DNA of 64,000 nucleotides from an uncultured Acidobacteriota bacterium (GCA_964420365.1 CAYQTA010000011.1:13031-77030); one strand, 5' to 3'; shown: positions 37,584-47,733, numbered from the stretch's first letter. The notes: a model not told the origin generated them from the sequence alone. Numbers and translations are program-made.

Positions 37584-40500
37584 AGAAGAACAAGTGGACG
37601 GTCGCGTCTCCCCTCGTCGCCACGCTCGCCCTCCTGGCCGTCCTCCCCGCGGCACCTCCCTGCGCGGCCGCCGCGGGACCCGACCAGGGATGGGCCGCCA
37701 TTGCCGCCGGCCGGGACGAGGAAGCACGCGCCTTCTTCCGCGATCGCCTGGCCGGGAACCCGGCGGACGTGCGGGCCGCGATCGGCCTCGCCACCCTGCT
37801 CGAGGGCGGGGGCGATCCGGCCGGGGCCGCGTCCGTCCTGGCCGCGGCCCTCGAGGCGGGCGCGCGGGGGCCCCTGGCCTCCGGGGCCGCCGTCCACCTG
37901 CTGGCGATCTCTGCTCTCCTTCCCGACGGGGGAGCCTCCCTCGTCCCGCTCGTGCGTCGCCTCGCCACGGGCGAGGACGAGCGGTTTCCCCCGGAGCTGC
38001 GGGACGTCGCGACGGCGGTCCTCGCGGACATCCTTTCCCGGGCGGGCCGTGGCGAGGAGGGGCTCTCCGCCCTCGTGGACCCGGGTCACCGGGTCACCAG
38101 GTGGACGCTCGTCGGCCCGTACGGGCGGTTCGCTCCCCTGGCCCTCGCCCGCCGCTTCCCACCCGAGGACGGGCGCCTCGACGGGACACCGGGTGCCGGG
38201 AACTCCCCGTGGCCCCCGTTCCGTCTCGAGGCGTCCTTCCCGGACGGGAGGGTCCTCGTCCCCCCGGCGTTCCGCCAGGCCGGCGTCGTCTACGCCGCGT
38301 GCGAGGTGCAGGTCACGGAGCCCCGGGTCCTGCGGGTGGTCGCCGGCTCTTCCGGGTCGTTCCGGCTGTTCCTCGACGGCCGCGAGCTCCTCGCCGCCGA
38401 CCGGCGGCGGGAGCGTCCACCCCGGTCCCTCGCGGCCCGGGTCGAGCTGGCAGCGGGCCGGCACCGCTTCCTCGCCAAGCTGGACAACTCGCTGCGACTC
38501 GCGGACCTCGTCCTGGCCCTCCATCCCCTGGACGGCGGGGCGCCCCTCGTGGCCGTCCCGGCCGGACCGGCGCCGCTTCCTCCCGCGCGCTTCCGGGCCC
38601 GTCCCCTTTCCTGTCCCCTGGACACCACCGCCCCGGAGGGCACCCCGGACGACCCGGCGGCGGTCCTGGCTGCCGCGTGGTGGACCCGGGCCCGGGGCCT
38701 CGACCGCGTCACCGGCACCCTGCTGGAGGCGGCCCGGAAGGCCTGGCCGGAGGCCCCGGTCTTCGCATGGCTCCTCGGGGACTTTCTCCGCACCGGTGAT
38801 ACCGGGCTGGCTCCCGAGAAGGACCTGGCCCGGGCCCGCTCCCTCCTCGAGGAAGCGTCACGGAAGGACCCGGCTCTCCTGCGGGCGGACGTACTGCTCG
38901 CCGGGATGGACGAGCACGCCGGCCGCACCGACGAGGCGCTCCGGCGGGCCCGGAAGATCCTGGAAACCCGCCCGGACCAGGTGGAGGCGCTGCTGCTGGT
39001 CCAGCGGGTCGCGGCCACGCGCGGCTGGCGGACGGAGGCCGAGGAGACCCTCGAGCGCGTGCTCGCGCTGGCACCGGGCCGGGAGGGCATCCTCGACGCG
39101 CGGATCGGCTTCGACCGCCGCTTCCGGCGCCTCGACGACCTCCGGGAAGCCCTTGCCGAGCTGCATCGCCGGGACCCGGTCGACGACGACTGGCCCGACT
39201 TCCTCGCGGCCCGGGGGCGACACGAGGAGGCGATCGCCGCGTGGCGGGAGATGGTCCGCCGGCGCCCGGCCTATCTCTATGCCCGGCTCGCCCTCGCCCG
39301 GGCCCTCCTCGATGCCGACCGCGCGGAGGAGGCCCTCGAGGTCCTCCGGCAGGCACGCGAGACGTTCCCCCGGGAAGGGGGGATCCCGCAGAGGATGGCG
39401 GCCGTCCTGTCTCTCCTCGGCCGGGAGGACGAGGTCGCCGAGCTGCTCCGGCAGACGCTCGAGCTGAACCCGGCCCGCGTCGGACTGTGGCGCGTGCTCG
39501 CCAGGCGGGGCCGGAAGGATCCGTTCGTCGCCTGGCTCGTCGATCCCGGGGAGGTCCTCCGGGACGTGCCGGCGCCGGAGCCCGGGACCGATGCCTCGCT
39601 GCTCGCGGACATCGCCGTCGTGCGGGTCCACCCGGACGGTAGCCAGACGGAGTACTACCAGGGGATCCACAAGGTCTGGACGCGGAAGGGCGTCGAGCAG
39701 GAGGGGGAGCTCACGGTGATGCCGGGAGCGATGCTGGAGACCCTCCAGGTGTGGAAGCCGGACGGACGGATCGTCGACGTCGATCCGCGCGCGGGTCCCC
39801 CGTTCAACCTGCCCGGCCTCGCGCCGGGAGACGCGATCGTCTACACGTGGCGGCGGTGGATCCCGCCCTGGAGCCCGGTGCCCGGGGCGCTGGACAACCG
39901 GTCGGTGTTCCTCTTCCAGGGGCCGGACCGCAGCTTCCAGCTCTCCCGGTACGTGGTGATGCACGACCCGGACCTCCCGGTCCGCGCGTGCGGCAACGAG
40001 GAAGGACTCGAGACCACCGATGAGCTCAGGGACGGGCTGCGGGTTCGCTCCTGGACCGCCCGGTCGATGGAACGGCTCCGGCCGGAGCCCCACGTGCCCG
40101 ACCCGGTGGAGGTCGTCCCCCACGTGCGCCTCGGCCTGGGCCTCTCCTTCGCCGATCTCGGGGACATGATCCGCTCGGCGCTCGTCGGCATGCTCCGCCC
40201 CGACGATCCCCTGCCCGGAATGGTGGCCGAGATCCGGCGCCGGGCGGCGGCGGAAGGCCGGAACCCCGGGCCGACCCGCCTGGCCCGGGCGATGCATCGG
40301 CTGCTGTGCGAGACGATGGACCCCGGGAGCGCCGCCTTCCGGCCGGGCGTGCCGGCGAGCGCCGCCGCTTCCGCCGGGGAGGGGAACCGGGCCGTCGTCG
40401 CCCTGGCCCTCGCCCGCATGCTCGGCCTCGAGGCACGCCTGGTCCTCGCCCGGCCCTCCTGGATGAAGGGTCGCAACCTCGAGTGCCCGAGCCCGACCCT

Positions 40501-41359
40501 GTTCACCTATCCCGTCGTCGAACTCCTGCTCCCCGGGGGCCCGGTGTTCCTCGACTACAACGGCACGAACCACCCCTTCGATCGGCTCCCCGTCCAGCTC
40601 TCCGGGGGCGACGCCCTCGAGGTTCCCCTCGACCTGGATCACCCGGTGCGCCTGGTCGACCTGCCGGACCGCCCCCCGGGGTTCCTTGCCGAGCGGACGG
40701 CAGACCTCGTCCTCGCGGGCGACGGCCGGGTGGAGGGAACCCTGGTCCTCGTGCTCCGCGAGGGGTACGCCGACACGCTGCGCTCCCTTCTCGCCGAGGT
40801 CTCCACCGACGACATGCCCCGGGTGTTCCGCGGGCTCGCCGCGGACTCGTTCCCCGGCGCCGAGGTCGTGTCCTCGCGGGTCGAGGGGGCGGACAGGAAG
40901 GAAGAGGGACCGGTGACGATCACCCTCGGGATCCGGGGCGGTACCTTCGCGCGCCGGATCGCGACCGGGTTCGCCCTTCCCCTCGTGCTCCACCGGGCGA
41001 ACCTGCTCGGCGAGTACGGGACGCTGCCGACCCGGCGCCAGCCGCTGCTCCTCGACGCCGGGATCTTCCGCCGGGACGTCCTGCGGATCCGCCTGCCCGG
41101 GGGGCTCGCGCCACGGGACCTCCCGGAACCGGCGTCGATCTCGTCACCCTTCGGCTCTCTGCACCTCGCCGCCCGGCTCACGGACGGCGTCCTCGAGCTC
41201 CGTCGCGAGCTGCTCGTGCCGTACCGTCGCGTCGAACCGGGGGACGAGTACCAGGCGTTCCGGAACTTCGCCCGCGCGGTCGACGAGGCGGAGGAGATGG
41301 AGGTCCGGGTCGAGGTGGCCAGCCCGTCCCTCGCCGTTCCCGGGAGAGGCGGCCGATGA
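37580..41359 (+). CDS. TPR/DUF3857/transglutaminase-like protein lacking the catalytic Cys
   Basis: ATGA-coupled start MKKNKW, signal peptide, TPR helices, VRVHPDGSQTEY (DUF3857-like). GEGNRAVV lies where the paralog has GDCKDKA. Confidence 0.72.
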   Translation: MKKNKWTVASPLVATLALLAVLPAAPPCAAAAGPDQGWAAIAAGRDEEARAFFRDRLAGNPADVRAAIGLATLLEGGGDPAGAASVLAAALEAGARGPLASGAAVHLLAISALLPDGGASLVPLVRRLATGEDERFPPELRDVATAVLADILSRAGRGEEGLSALVDPGHRVTRWTLVGPYGRFAPLALARRFPPEDGRLDGTPGAGNSPWPPFRLEASFPDGRVLVPPAFRQAGVVYAACEVQVTEPRVLRVVAGSSGSFRLFLDGRELLAADRRRERPPRSLAARVELAAGRHRFLAKLDNSLRLADLVLALHPLDGGAPLVAVPAGPAPLPPARFRARPLSCPLDTTAPEGTPDDPAAVLAAAWWTRARGLDRVTGTLLEAARKAWPEAPVFAWLLGDFLRTGDTGLAPEKDLARARSLLEEASRKDPALLRADVLLAGMDEHAGRTDEALRRARKILETRPDQVEALLLVQRVAATRGWRTEAEETLERVLALAPGREGILDARIGFDRRFRRLDDLREALAELHRRDPVDDDWPDFLAARGRHEEAIAAWREMVRRRPAYLYARLALARALLDADRAEEALEVLRQARETFPREGGIPQRMAAVLSLLGREDEVAELLRQTLELNPARVGLWRVLARRGRKDPFVAWLVDPGEVLRDVPAPEPGTDASLLADIAVVRVHPDGSQTEYYQGIHKVWTRKGVEQEGELTVMPGAMLETLQVWKPDGRIVDVDPRAGPPFNLPGLAPGDAIVYTWRRWIPPWSPVPGALDNRSVFLFQGPDRSFQLSRYVVMHDPDLPVRACGNEEGLETTDELRDGLRVRSWTARSMERLRPEPHVPDPVEVVPHVRLGLGLSFADLGDMIRSALVGMLRPDDPLPGMVAEIRRRAAAEGRNPGPTRLARAMHRLLCETMDPGSAAFRPGVPASAAASAGEGNRAVVALALARMLGLEARLVLARPSWMKGRNLECPSPTLFTYPVVELLLPGGPVFLDYNGTNHPFDRLPVQLSGGDALEVPLDLDHPVRLVDLPDRPPGFLAERTADLVLAGDGRVEGTLVLVLREGYADTLRSLLAEVSTDDMPRVFRGLAADSFPGAEVVSSRVEGADRKEEGPVTITLGIRGGTFARRIATGFALPLVLHRANLLGEYGTLPTRRQPLLLDAGIFRRDVLRIRLPGGLAPRDLPEPASISSPFGSLHLAARLTDGVLELRRELLVPYRRVEPGDEYQAFRNFARAVDEAEEMEVRVEVASPSLAVPGRGGR

Positions 41360-42447
41360 GCGCCCCGATGCACCGCCTGGAGACGCCGTTCCTCGCCCGG
41401 TTGCTGGCCGGCACCGTTCGGTGGGCCCGTCGCCTCTTCTGGACCGTGCTGGTCGTCGGAACGGCGGTCCTCGTCCTCGAGGCGATCCACCTCCACCAGC
41501 TCCTCGCCGGCCTCCACCCCTGGCTGGCATGGGCGGTCACCGGCATGCTGCTCGCCCTCGTCGCCGGCTTCATCGGCTGGATCGCCTGGCGCTGGTGGAA
41601 GCTCCCGCGGGTGATCGAACCGCCCGAGCTTCCACCCCCCGCGGACTGGGCCCCCCGGCACCGCCGCCGGTACCTCGGGTTCGTCCGCCGCTGGCTCGCC
41701 CGGCAGGAGGCGAACCCGGCCCTCGAGGAAACGGCGCGCGGGAAGGTCCCGGCCGTCCTCGAGCGGATCGAGGCGATCGCGGCGGGGGAACACGACGACG
41801 AGGCGCTCGTCCGGGTGGTCGAGGCCGAGATCGACCGGCTGCTCGAGCCCCTGGACAGGAAGGCCCGGGCGGAAGTGTGGCAGGCGGCTTCCCAGGTGGC
41901 GCTGCTGACCGCCGTCAACCCGTCCGCCCTGGTCGATGCCCTGGTCACCCTGGTCCGCAACCTGGAACTGATGGCCCGCGTCGCAACGCTCTACTACGGC
42001 CGGCCGGGTCCGCTCGGGACGTTCCGGGTCGTGCGGGACGTCCTCGCCTCCGCGGTCACTGCCGGCCTCGTCGACCGGATCGCCGATTCCGCCGGGAGCG
42101 CGCTGGCCGAGGTCGCGGGCAACTGGACGGCGCGCCTCGCCGGCCCCGTCGGCCAGGGGCTGGTCAACGGGCTCCTGACCGTGCGCCTGGGGGACGTGGC
42201 GGTGCTCCGGTGCCGCTCGCTCCGCAGCCGGCGGGTCGGCATCCGGCCCTGGACGCCGACCATGTGGCGGGAGGCCGCGCGGCGCCTCGCCGGGCTCGTG
42301 GGCGAGGAACTCGCGCCGGGCACCGCCCGGGCATTCCGCCGGGCCTCCGGCGTCCTCGGCGCCGGGGGACGCGGCATGCTGCGCGGTCTCGCCCGGCTGT
42401 TCCTCGGCCTCCGCGACGCCCTCGCCTCCGACGAGCCCGGCTCCTAG
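41356..42447 (+). CDS. YcjF/DUF697-family membrane protein
   Basis: Two N-terminal TM helices, then AVNPSALVDALVTLVRNLELMARVATLYYGRPG and ARLAGPVGQGLVNGLLTVRLG. Confidence 0.75.
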   Translation: MSAPMHRLETPFLARLLAGTVRWARRLFWTVLVVGTAVLVLEAIHLHQLLAGLHPWLAWAVTGMLLALVAGFIGWIAWRWWKLPRVIEPPELPPPADWAPRHRRRYLGFVRRWLARQEANPALEETARGKVPAVLERIEAIAAGEHDDEALVRVVEAEIDRLLEPLDRKARAEVWQAASQVALLTAVNPSALVDALVTLVRNLELMARVATLYYGRPGPLGTFRVVRDVLASAVTAGLVDRIADSAGSALAEVAGNWTARLAGPVGQGLVNGLLTVRLGDVAVLRCRSLRSRRVGIRPWTPTMWREAARRLAGLVGEELAPGTARAFRRASGVLGAGGRGMLRGLARLFLGLRDALASDEPGS

Positions 42448-42458
42448 CGGCGCACGGC

Positions 42459-44900
42459 TCACTGCACGGGCAACAGGTCGAAGCAGAGGGCCGCCCCGGT
42501 CCCGTCGACCGCCCGGATCCAGATGTCCCCGGGGTTCCGCCCGTAGCCGTACGAGACGAACGTGTCGCCGGACGCCGGCCTCTGGAGCTGGAGGATCACG
42601 CGGTTCCCCTCGACGCTCAGCGACGTGATCTGCACGTACCCGTTGCGGTCGGTCACGCGGTAGAGGTTCGCGTGGCCGCCGGTGATCTCCTTGTCGTAGG
42701 TCAGCGCGATGCGGGACGTGCCGGGCCCGTCGAACGCGATCGACTGGAGCCGGGGCTCCTGCGGCGCGTCGATCCCGTAGCAGGCCGGGAGCACCGCCCT
42801 GGCGAGGCGCAGCCCCGCCTCCCGGTATCCCTCCGTGTTCAGGTGGATCGTGTCGTTTCGCGGCAGGTCGACGAGCGCGGCGATCGCGGAGAGGTCGTCC
42901 CTCTCGGCCTGCCGGCGCTGCGCCTCCTGGATGTCGGTCCACGCGTCCAGGTCCGCGTACATGTAGGTCGCCAGCTGGCAGTTGCCGAAGCAGAGGTCGG
43001 GGTTGCCGAGGTCCTCGCGCCAGTGGGCCACCAGCGCCTCGAGGTCGGCGAGGTACTGCTCGGTCGTCCGGCCGACGTCCGACTCCCCCTGGTACCAGAT
43101 CACGCCGCGGACCGGGTACGCGTACCCCTGGACGAGCACGCGCCAGATGGACGAGCCGTAGAGGGTGCCCCGGTTGTCGTGGTCGTCCTCCCGCCGCTGC
43201 CACTGGGAGTAGAGGTTCGTCCCGCCGAGGGGCGCGGGGATGATCGCGACCGGAACACCGACCGCGGCGGAGATCTCCTTGGCGAACCGGAGCATCAGCG
43301 TGTGCTGCGGGAACTCCTCGCTGACGCGGTCGACCTGGTCCGTCCCGTCGTCCATCGGCTCGCGGGCCCGCTTCCAGCGGTAGTCGTTGCCGAAGAGGTG
43401 GACCTCGTCGACGGGTGGCTCCATCGGCTCGAGGCCTCCCGAGTAGCCCGACATGTTCGACTGCCCGGCCGCCAGCCAGGCATCCCCGACCGCGATGTCG
43501 TGGACCGTGTCCTCGCCGAGGATCTCCCCCTCCCCGTCGACGAGCCGAGCCTCGAGGTCGTAGTTCCCGCCGGCGGGCACCCCCTCGAGGGTGACCTCGT
43601 CCTCCGCCCCCGGGGGGGAGGCCGGGAGGTCCCACCGGTGGTCCGCCCAGTCGAACCCGGGCACGACGGTCCCGGTCGCGCTCTCGACGAGGCGCACCTC
43701 GAGGTGGACCTCCCCCTCGCTCCGCCACGCGAACGGCACGGGCACCGGGGCCGTGTCGTCCGGCCCCCGCTGGAACAGCTTCCAGTCGTCGAGCGCCTCC
43801 CAGGAGCGGCGCAGGCGGAACGACTCCCCCGGCAGGGCGACGTTCCCGGTGGCGAGGAGGATCCCCCGCCTGCCGGACGTGTCGCCGCCGTAGTTGCCGG
43901 TGACGATCCCCCGGCCACGCAGCAGGTGGTCGTCCGCGATCTCCGCCACCGCCCAGTCCTCGTCCCAGCCCCCGTCGAGCCACCGGTCGACGTGCAGGAC
44001 GGATGCCGTCCCTTCCCCCTTCCGCAGCCGGAACCGGAGGCGCGTCGTCCCGGGATCCCCCGGGGCCGCGAGACCGGTCACCTCCCGGCCCCGCCGCTGG
44101 CGGACGGTGAGCGCCCCGTCCTCGGCCACGTAGACCTGGATACCGCCCCCGGCGTTCTCCGCCCACGTTCCCTCGGACCACAGCTCGAGGAGGACGGTAT
44201 CCCCGTTGGCCGGCGCCAGGTCGACGACCACGTCCTCGTCCCGGAATGCCTCCCCGGCGATCCACCGGTCGAACCGGTCGTGGATCCCGGTCGCCCCGCC
44301 ATCGTAGGAGATGCACCGGTCGCCGCCGCAGTCCCGGACGAGGAACCCCTCGTCCAGGCCCCCGAGCTGCGTCATGTCGGCCGGCCGCTCCCCGGGGGTG
44401 TCCTCCTCGAACGTGTACGTCTCCGGGTCGCAGGGGTCCCCCTGGCCGTCCCCGTCCTGGTCCTCCTGGCCGGGGTTGTCGACCCCCGGGCAGTTGTCCC
44501 GGTCGTCCCGGACCCCGTCCCCGTCGTCGTCGGCACAGCGGACGGCCGGCACGCGCTCCGTACCGTCGGTGCCCGCGCCGAGGGAGCCCTCGCCGTCGGC
44601 GTTCCACGCGGCAACGACGTAGGTAAAGAGCCCGCCCACGGCAGGCGTTTCCGGGTCCTCCGCCGTGGTCTCGGGGGTTCGGAAGACGAGGCACGCGAGG
44701 TCCGTCCCGTCGGGCCGGGTGCCCCGGTAGACGTCGTACCGCTCCGCGCCGGTGACCGGTTCCCACGCGAGGGTCGTCTTTCCCTCGAAGCGGAGGCTCG
44801 GCCCGACCCCGGGGGGCGGGGCCGGGAACGCGGCCGGGACGGCGAAGAGAGCGAACAGCACCGGCAGGACGGCGGCGGCGGCGGAACGGCGCGTACCCAT
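42459..44900 (-). CDS. Secreted sialate O-acetylesterase-like (SASA/SGNH) protein with an FN3-like module and thrombospondin type 3 repeats
   Basis: Signal peptide; DDDGDGVRDDRDNCP…DQDGDGQGDPCD; AAGQSNM, GVIWYQGESD and DTIHLN (SGNH Ser and DxxH). Confidence 0.8.
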   Translation of the reverse strand: MGTRRSAAAAVLPVLFALFAVPAAFPAPPPGVGPSLRFEGKTTLAWEPVTGAERYDVYRGTRPDGTDLACLVFRTPETTAEDPETPAVGGLFTYVVAAWNADGEGSLGAGTDGTERVPAVRCADDDGDGVRDDRDNCPGVDNPGQEDQDGDGQGDPCDPETYTFEEDTPGERPADMTQLGGLDEGFLVRDCGGDRCISYDGGATGIHDRFDRWIAGEAFRDEDVVVDLAPANGDTVLLELWSEGTWAENAGGGIQVYVAEDGALTVRQRRGREVTGLAAPGDPGTTRLRFRLRKGEGTASVLHVDRWLDGGWDEDWAVAEIADDHLLRGRGIVTGNYGGDTSGRRGILLATGNVALPGESFRLRRSWEALDDWKLFQRGPDDTAPVPVPFAWRSEGEVHLEVRLVESATGTVVPGFDWADHRWDLPASPPGAEDEVTLEGVPAGGNYDLEARLVDGEGEILGEDTVHDIAVGDAWLAAGQSNMSGYSGGLEPMEPPVDEVHLFGNDYRWKRAREPMDDGTDQVDRVSEEFPQHTLMLRFAKEISAAVGVPVAIIPAPLGGTNLYSQWQRREDDHDNRGTLYGSSIWRVLVQGYAYPVRGVIWYQGESDVGRTTEQYLADLEALVAHWREDLGNPDLCFGNCQLATYMYADLDAWTDIQEAQRRQAERDDLSAIAALVDLPRNDTIHLNTEGYREAGLRLARAVLPACYGIDAPQEPRLQSIAFDGPGTSRIALTYDKEITGGHANLYRVTDRNGYVQITSLSVEGNRVILQLQRPASGDTFVSYGYGRNPGDIWIRAVDGTGAALCFDLLPVQ

Positions 44901-44951
44901 GGACGTGACCTCCCTCGGGGGGAAGGTACGCCGATCCGGGCCCCCTGTCGC

Positions 44952-45797
44952 TCAGGAACGCCTCCGGTCCACGCCCCGCTCCCCCGGGTCGACCAGGGGC
45001 CGCGGGAGGGACCAACCGCCATCGGCCAGGAGGATCGTCCCGGTGAGCCACGCGGCGGCGGGGCTCGCCAGGAAGCAGGCCAGCTCGGCGACCTCCTCGA
45101 CGGTCCCGAACCGGCCCAGGGGAATCTGCGCAAGCACGGCCCGTTCGAGCTCCGCGGTGGGCCAGAGGCGGTCCGCCGCCCCCCGGCTCTGGAACGGCCC
45201 GGGAGAGATCGCGTTGACCCGGATGCCGTAGCCGGCCCACTCGGCGGCCAGCGTCCGCGTCAGGGTCTCCACGCCGGCCTTGGCGCAGGCGGAGTGGATC
45301 ACGCCCGGCTTGCCGTCCCGGGCGTAGGGAGCGGACACGTTGACGATCGCCCCGCCCCCCTGGTCCCGCATCACGCGTCCCGCCTCGCGGCTGAAGCGGA
45401 ACACGCCGGCCAGGGCGATGTCGAGGACCGTGTCGAAGGCCCGCGGCGCGAGGGCGAGAGACGGACGGATGAAGTTCCCCGCCGCGTTGTTGACGAGCAC
45501 GTCCAGCCCGCCCCACCGCTCGACGACCTCCCGGACGCTCCGCCGCACGGCGTGGGCGTCCCGCACGTCGCAGGCGAGGGACAGGACCTCGAACCCCTCC
45601 CGCTCTCCGCGGCCCAGGAGCTCCCGGTGGTGCTCCACGTCCCGGCTGGCGCAGGCCACCTTCGCTCCCAGGCGGCCGAGCCGGGTCGAGATCGCGAGCC
45701 CGAGCCCGGTGCCGCCCCCGGTGACCAGCGCGACCTTCCCCTCGAAGAGACCGTCCGGCAGGAAGGGAGCTCCCTCGGGCGCGACGTACCGGTCCAC
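44952..45797 (-). CDS. SDR oxidoreductase, 2,4-dienoyl-CoA reductase-like
   Basis: Motifs TGGGTGLG, NNAAGNF, HSACAKAG and IRVNAISPGPF. GTG start at 45797. Confidence 0.85.
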   Translation of the reverse strand: MDRYVAPEGAPFLPDGLFEGKVALVTGGGTGLGLAISTRLGRLGAKVACASRDVEHHRELLGRGEREGFEVLSLACDVRDAHAVRRSVREVVERWGGLDVLVNNAAGNFIRPSLALAPRAFDTVLDIALAGVFRFSREAGRVMRDQGGGAIVNVSAPYARDGKPGVIHSACAKAGVETLTRTLAAEWAGYGIRVNAISPGPFQSRGAADRLWPTAELERAVLAQIPLGRFGTVEEVAELACFLASPAAAWLTGTILLADGGWSLPRPLVDPGERGVDRRRS

Positions 45798-45799
45798 GG

Positions 45800-46192
45800 T
45801 CAGCCCTCCAGGCGCGGCCAGGTGCGCTCGAGGATCGCCGTGTCCAGGTAGTCGTGGATCTCGGCGACCAGGCCGTCGCGCAGCACGAAGACCGTCGCGC
45901 CCCGGTTGGCGTAGTCCTTTCCCGTCCGGGTCACCCCCCGGTTGGTCCACTCGACGACGACCCGGTCGCCGGACGCGCCGACCCACCGGAACTCGAAGTG
46001 CAGGCCGCCGCGGAACAGCCGCTGGTTCTGCCGCAGGAAAACCATCACCCGGCGGCGACCCGCGAACCGGCCGCCGAACCTCTCCCCCGGGAACTCGAGG
46101 ACCACGTCCTCCGCGAGCAGGCCCGCGAGGCGATCCCACTCGCCCTGCTCCAGCAGGTCGAAGAACGCACGGACGTCACCCTCGGTCACCAT
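45800..46192 (-). CDS. SnoaL/NTF2-like protein
   Basis: VRAFFDLLEQGEWDRLAGLLAEDVVLEFP…GDRVVVEW…YANRGATVFVLRDGLVAEIHDYLD. Confidence 0.82.
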   Translation of the reverse strand: MVTEGDVRAFFDLLEQGEWDRLAGLLAEDVVLEFPGERFGGRFAGRRRVMVFLRQNQRLFRGGLHFEFRWVGASGDRVVVEWTNRGVTRTGKDYANRGATVFVLRDGLVAEIHDYLDTAILERTWPRLEG

Positions 46193-46276
46193 GGGCGGAG
46201 GATACCAGCCGGGACGGCAACCCCGGAAGGACCCCGGGGACGGGCCGGCCCCGGGAACACGGGTCGGGCGCGGCGA

Positions 46277-46302
46277 CGGGGCCGCCCCCGTGGGCGGCCC
46301 CG
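46277..46302. terminator. GC-rich hairpin downstream of the 46326-47656 genes; possible terminator
   Basis: CGGGGCCGCCC-ccgt-GGGCGGCCCCG, an 11-bp perfect stem. No clear U-tract. Confidence 0.3.
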
Positions 46303-46325
46303 ATCGTTCGCACCTTCCCGGCCGG

Positions 46326-46733
46326 TCAGGCCCCGACCGGCTTCTTGTCCGGGTCGATCGCCCTGGTGATCCAGTCGGCGGCCACCTGCTCCCAGTTCTT
46401 CACCGAGGAACCGTCGATGTAGCGCTCCCACTGGTAGATGCCGGACGTCCTGGCGATCCGCTGGAACTGCATCTTCGTCATCGCGCTGTCGACGACGACC
46501 GCCGAGCGGACCATTCCCTTCTGCTTGTACAGCTTCTGGCCCTCCTGCATGAGGGCCTGCGCATCGGCGGCCAGGGGCTTGAGGGTCCGCATGTCGACCA
46601 GGACGCCGAACTTCGAGGGCGCGGCGGCGAGGGCCTTCCGGGACTCCTCGACCCACTTCTGCATCTCCGCGGCCTGGATGAACCCCGAGAACGTCAGCTT
46701 GTACCCGTACGGCTTCTTCTCGATCCTGTACAT
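46326..46733 (-). CDS. Conserved-looking hypothetical protein, STAS/SpoIIAA-like
   Basis: MYRIEK…LTFSGFIQAAEM…GVLVDMRTLKPL…RSAVVVDS; codon usage looks coding; GGAG upstream of the ATG. Confidence 0.65.
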   Translation of the reverse strand: MYRIEKKPYGYKLTFSGFIQAAEMQKWVEESRKALAAAPSKFGVLVDMRTLKPLAADAQALMQEGQKLYKQKGMVRSAVVVDSAMTKMQFQRIARTSGIYQWERYIDGSSVKNWEQVAADWITRAIDPDKKPVGA

Positions 46734-46753
46734 CTCGTCTCCTTCGCCCGCTG

Positions 46754-47656
46754 TCAGAACGAGTAGTAGAGCTTGAAGAGCACCGAGCTGCCCTCGAACC
46801 AGTTCCGGGCGCCGAACTCGAAGGCGCTGGTCAGCGACATCTTGAGACGCCCGGCGTTGTAGAAGACGCCGGGACCCGCCGCCCAGTAGCGCGACTTCTG
46901 GTCCGCGAGATCCCTGCCGTCCATCTCGTCGTCGGTCACCTGGTAGTAGAGGTACCCGTTCAGGCCGACCGTCCACTTCTGGTTGAACGAGTAGCCGACC
47001 GCGTAGTCCACGTGAAACTCCTGGCCCGGCTTCAGGTCGTGATCGCGGCCGGTCGCCCAGTACGCGTACTCGTCGTTCGTGCCGTTGATGTCGTACATGA
47101 ACTTCGCCGAGACGTTCCACTTCCCGCCGGGGAACCACGTGACCGCGAACACGGGCTCGATGGTCCAGAAGTTCTTTCCCGGGTTCACCGGGTCCTCGTG
47201 GTCGTAGCTGCCGACGGGCAGGTAGATGTCCGCGAGACTGATCGCGCAGTGGACCTTCTGCCCGTGCCAGGTGACCAGGAACGGCGACCAGATCACGTCC
47301 GCCATCCCGCTCTTCGAGAACGACCGGGACCCGGGGCGCAGGTTCTGGTTCATCCAGATCAGGAAGAGGTGCTGACCGTAGTTCCCGCCCCACACCTTCC
47401 TGTCCGAGATCCAGACGAAGCGAACCACCTCGCCGAAGACGTTGACCTGCATGCCGTCGACCGTGTTCCCGTCGTCGTCCCTGTAGGTATCGGCGGCGTA
47501 GTAGAGCGTGTAGTTGACGACATGGAATCCCGGCGGCGGAGCGATCCCCGAGAAGTAGTTCTCGACACCGTCCGGGTAGTGGTGCCCCCCGCCGGCTACG
47601 GCCAGCGAGACCGCGGCGAGGAGAGCGACCAGGGGCAACAGCGTGGCCTTCTTCAC
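46754..47656 (-). CDS. SphA/Phenol_MetA_deg-family outer-membrane channel
   Basis: GTG start, signal peptide, HYPDGVE…PPPG…NYTLYY, DVIWSP, PVGSYD…NPGKNFWTIEP, PGQEFHVDY, AAGPG; ends LYYSF. Confidence 0.78.
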   Translation of the reverse strand: MKKATLLPLVALLAAVSLAVAGGGHHYPDGVENYFSGIAPPPGFHVVNYTLYYAADTYRDDDGNTVDGMQVNVFGEVVRFVWISDRKVWGGNYGQHLFLIWMNQNLRPGSRSFSKSGMADVIWSPFLVTWHGQKVHCAISLADIYLPVGSYDHEDPVNPGKNFWTIEPVFAVTWFPGGKWNVSAKFMYDINGTNDEYAYWATGRDHDLKPGQEFHVDYAVGYSFNQKWTVGLNGYLYYQVTDDEMDGRDLADQKSRYWAAGPGVFYNAGRLKMSLTSAFEFGARNWFEGSSVLFKLYYSF

Positions 47657-47733
47657 CGGTTTCCCTCCCGGGTCCGGACCGGTTCTCCTCCGCGCCGTCC
47701 CCCGGGGCGACGCATCCGGACCCACGGGGTTCC

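Noticed and set aside
40639-45851. Very long alternative ORFs (40639..45516 minus, 1625 aa; 41421..45851 plus, 1476 aa; similarly 17348..20770, 21022..25359, 33801..37727)
   Set aside because: They are Arg/Gly/Pro-rich, lack motifs and lie antisense or off-frame to well-supported genes. Stop codons are rare at this GC content, so such shadows are expected.
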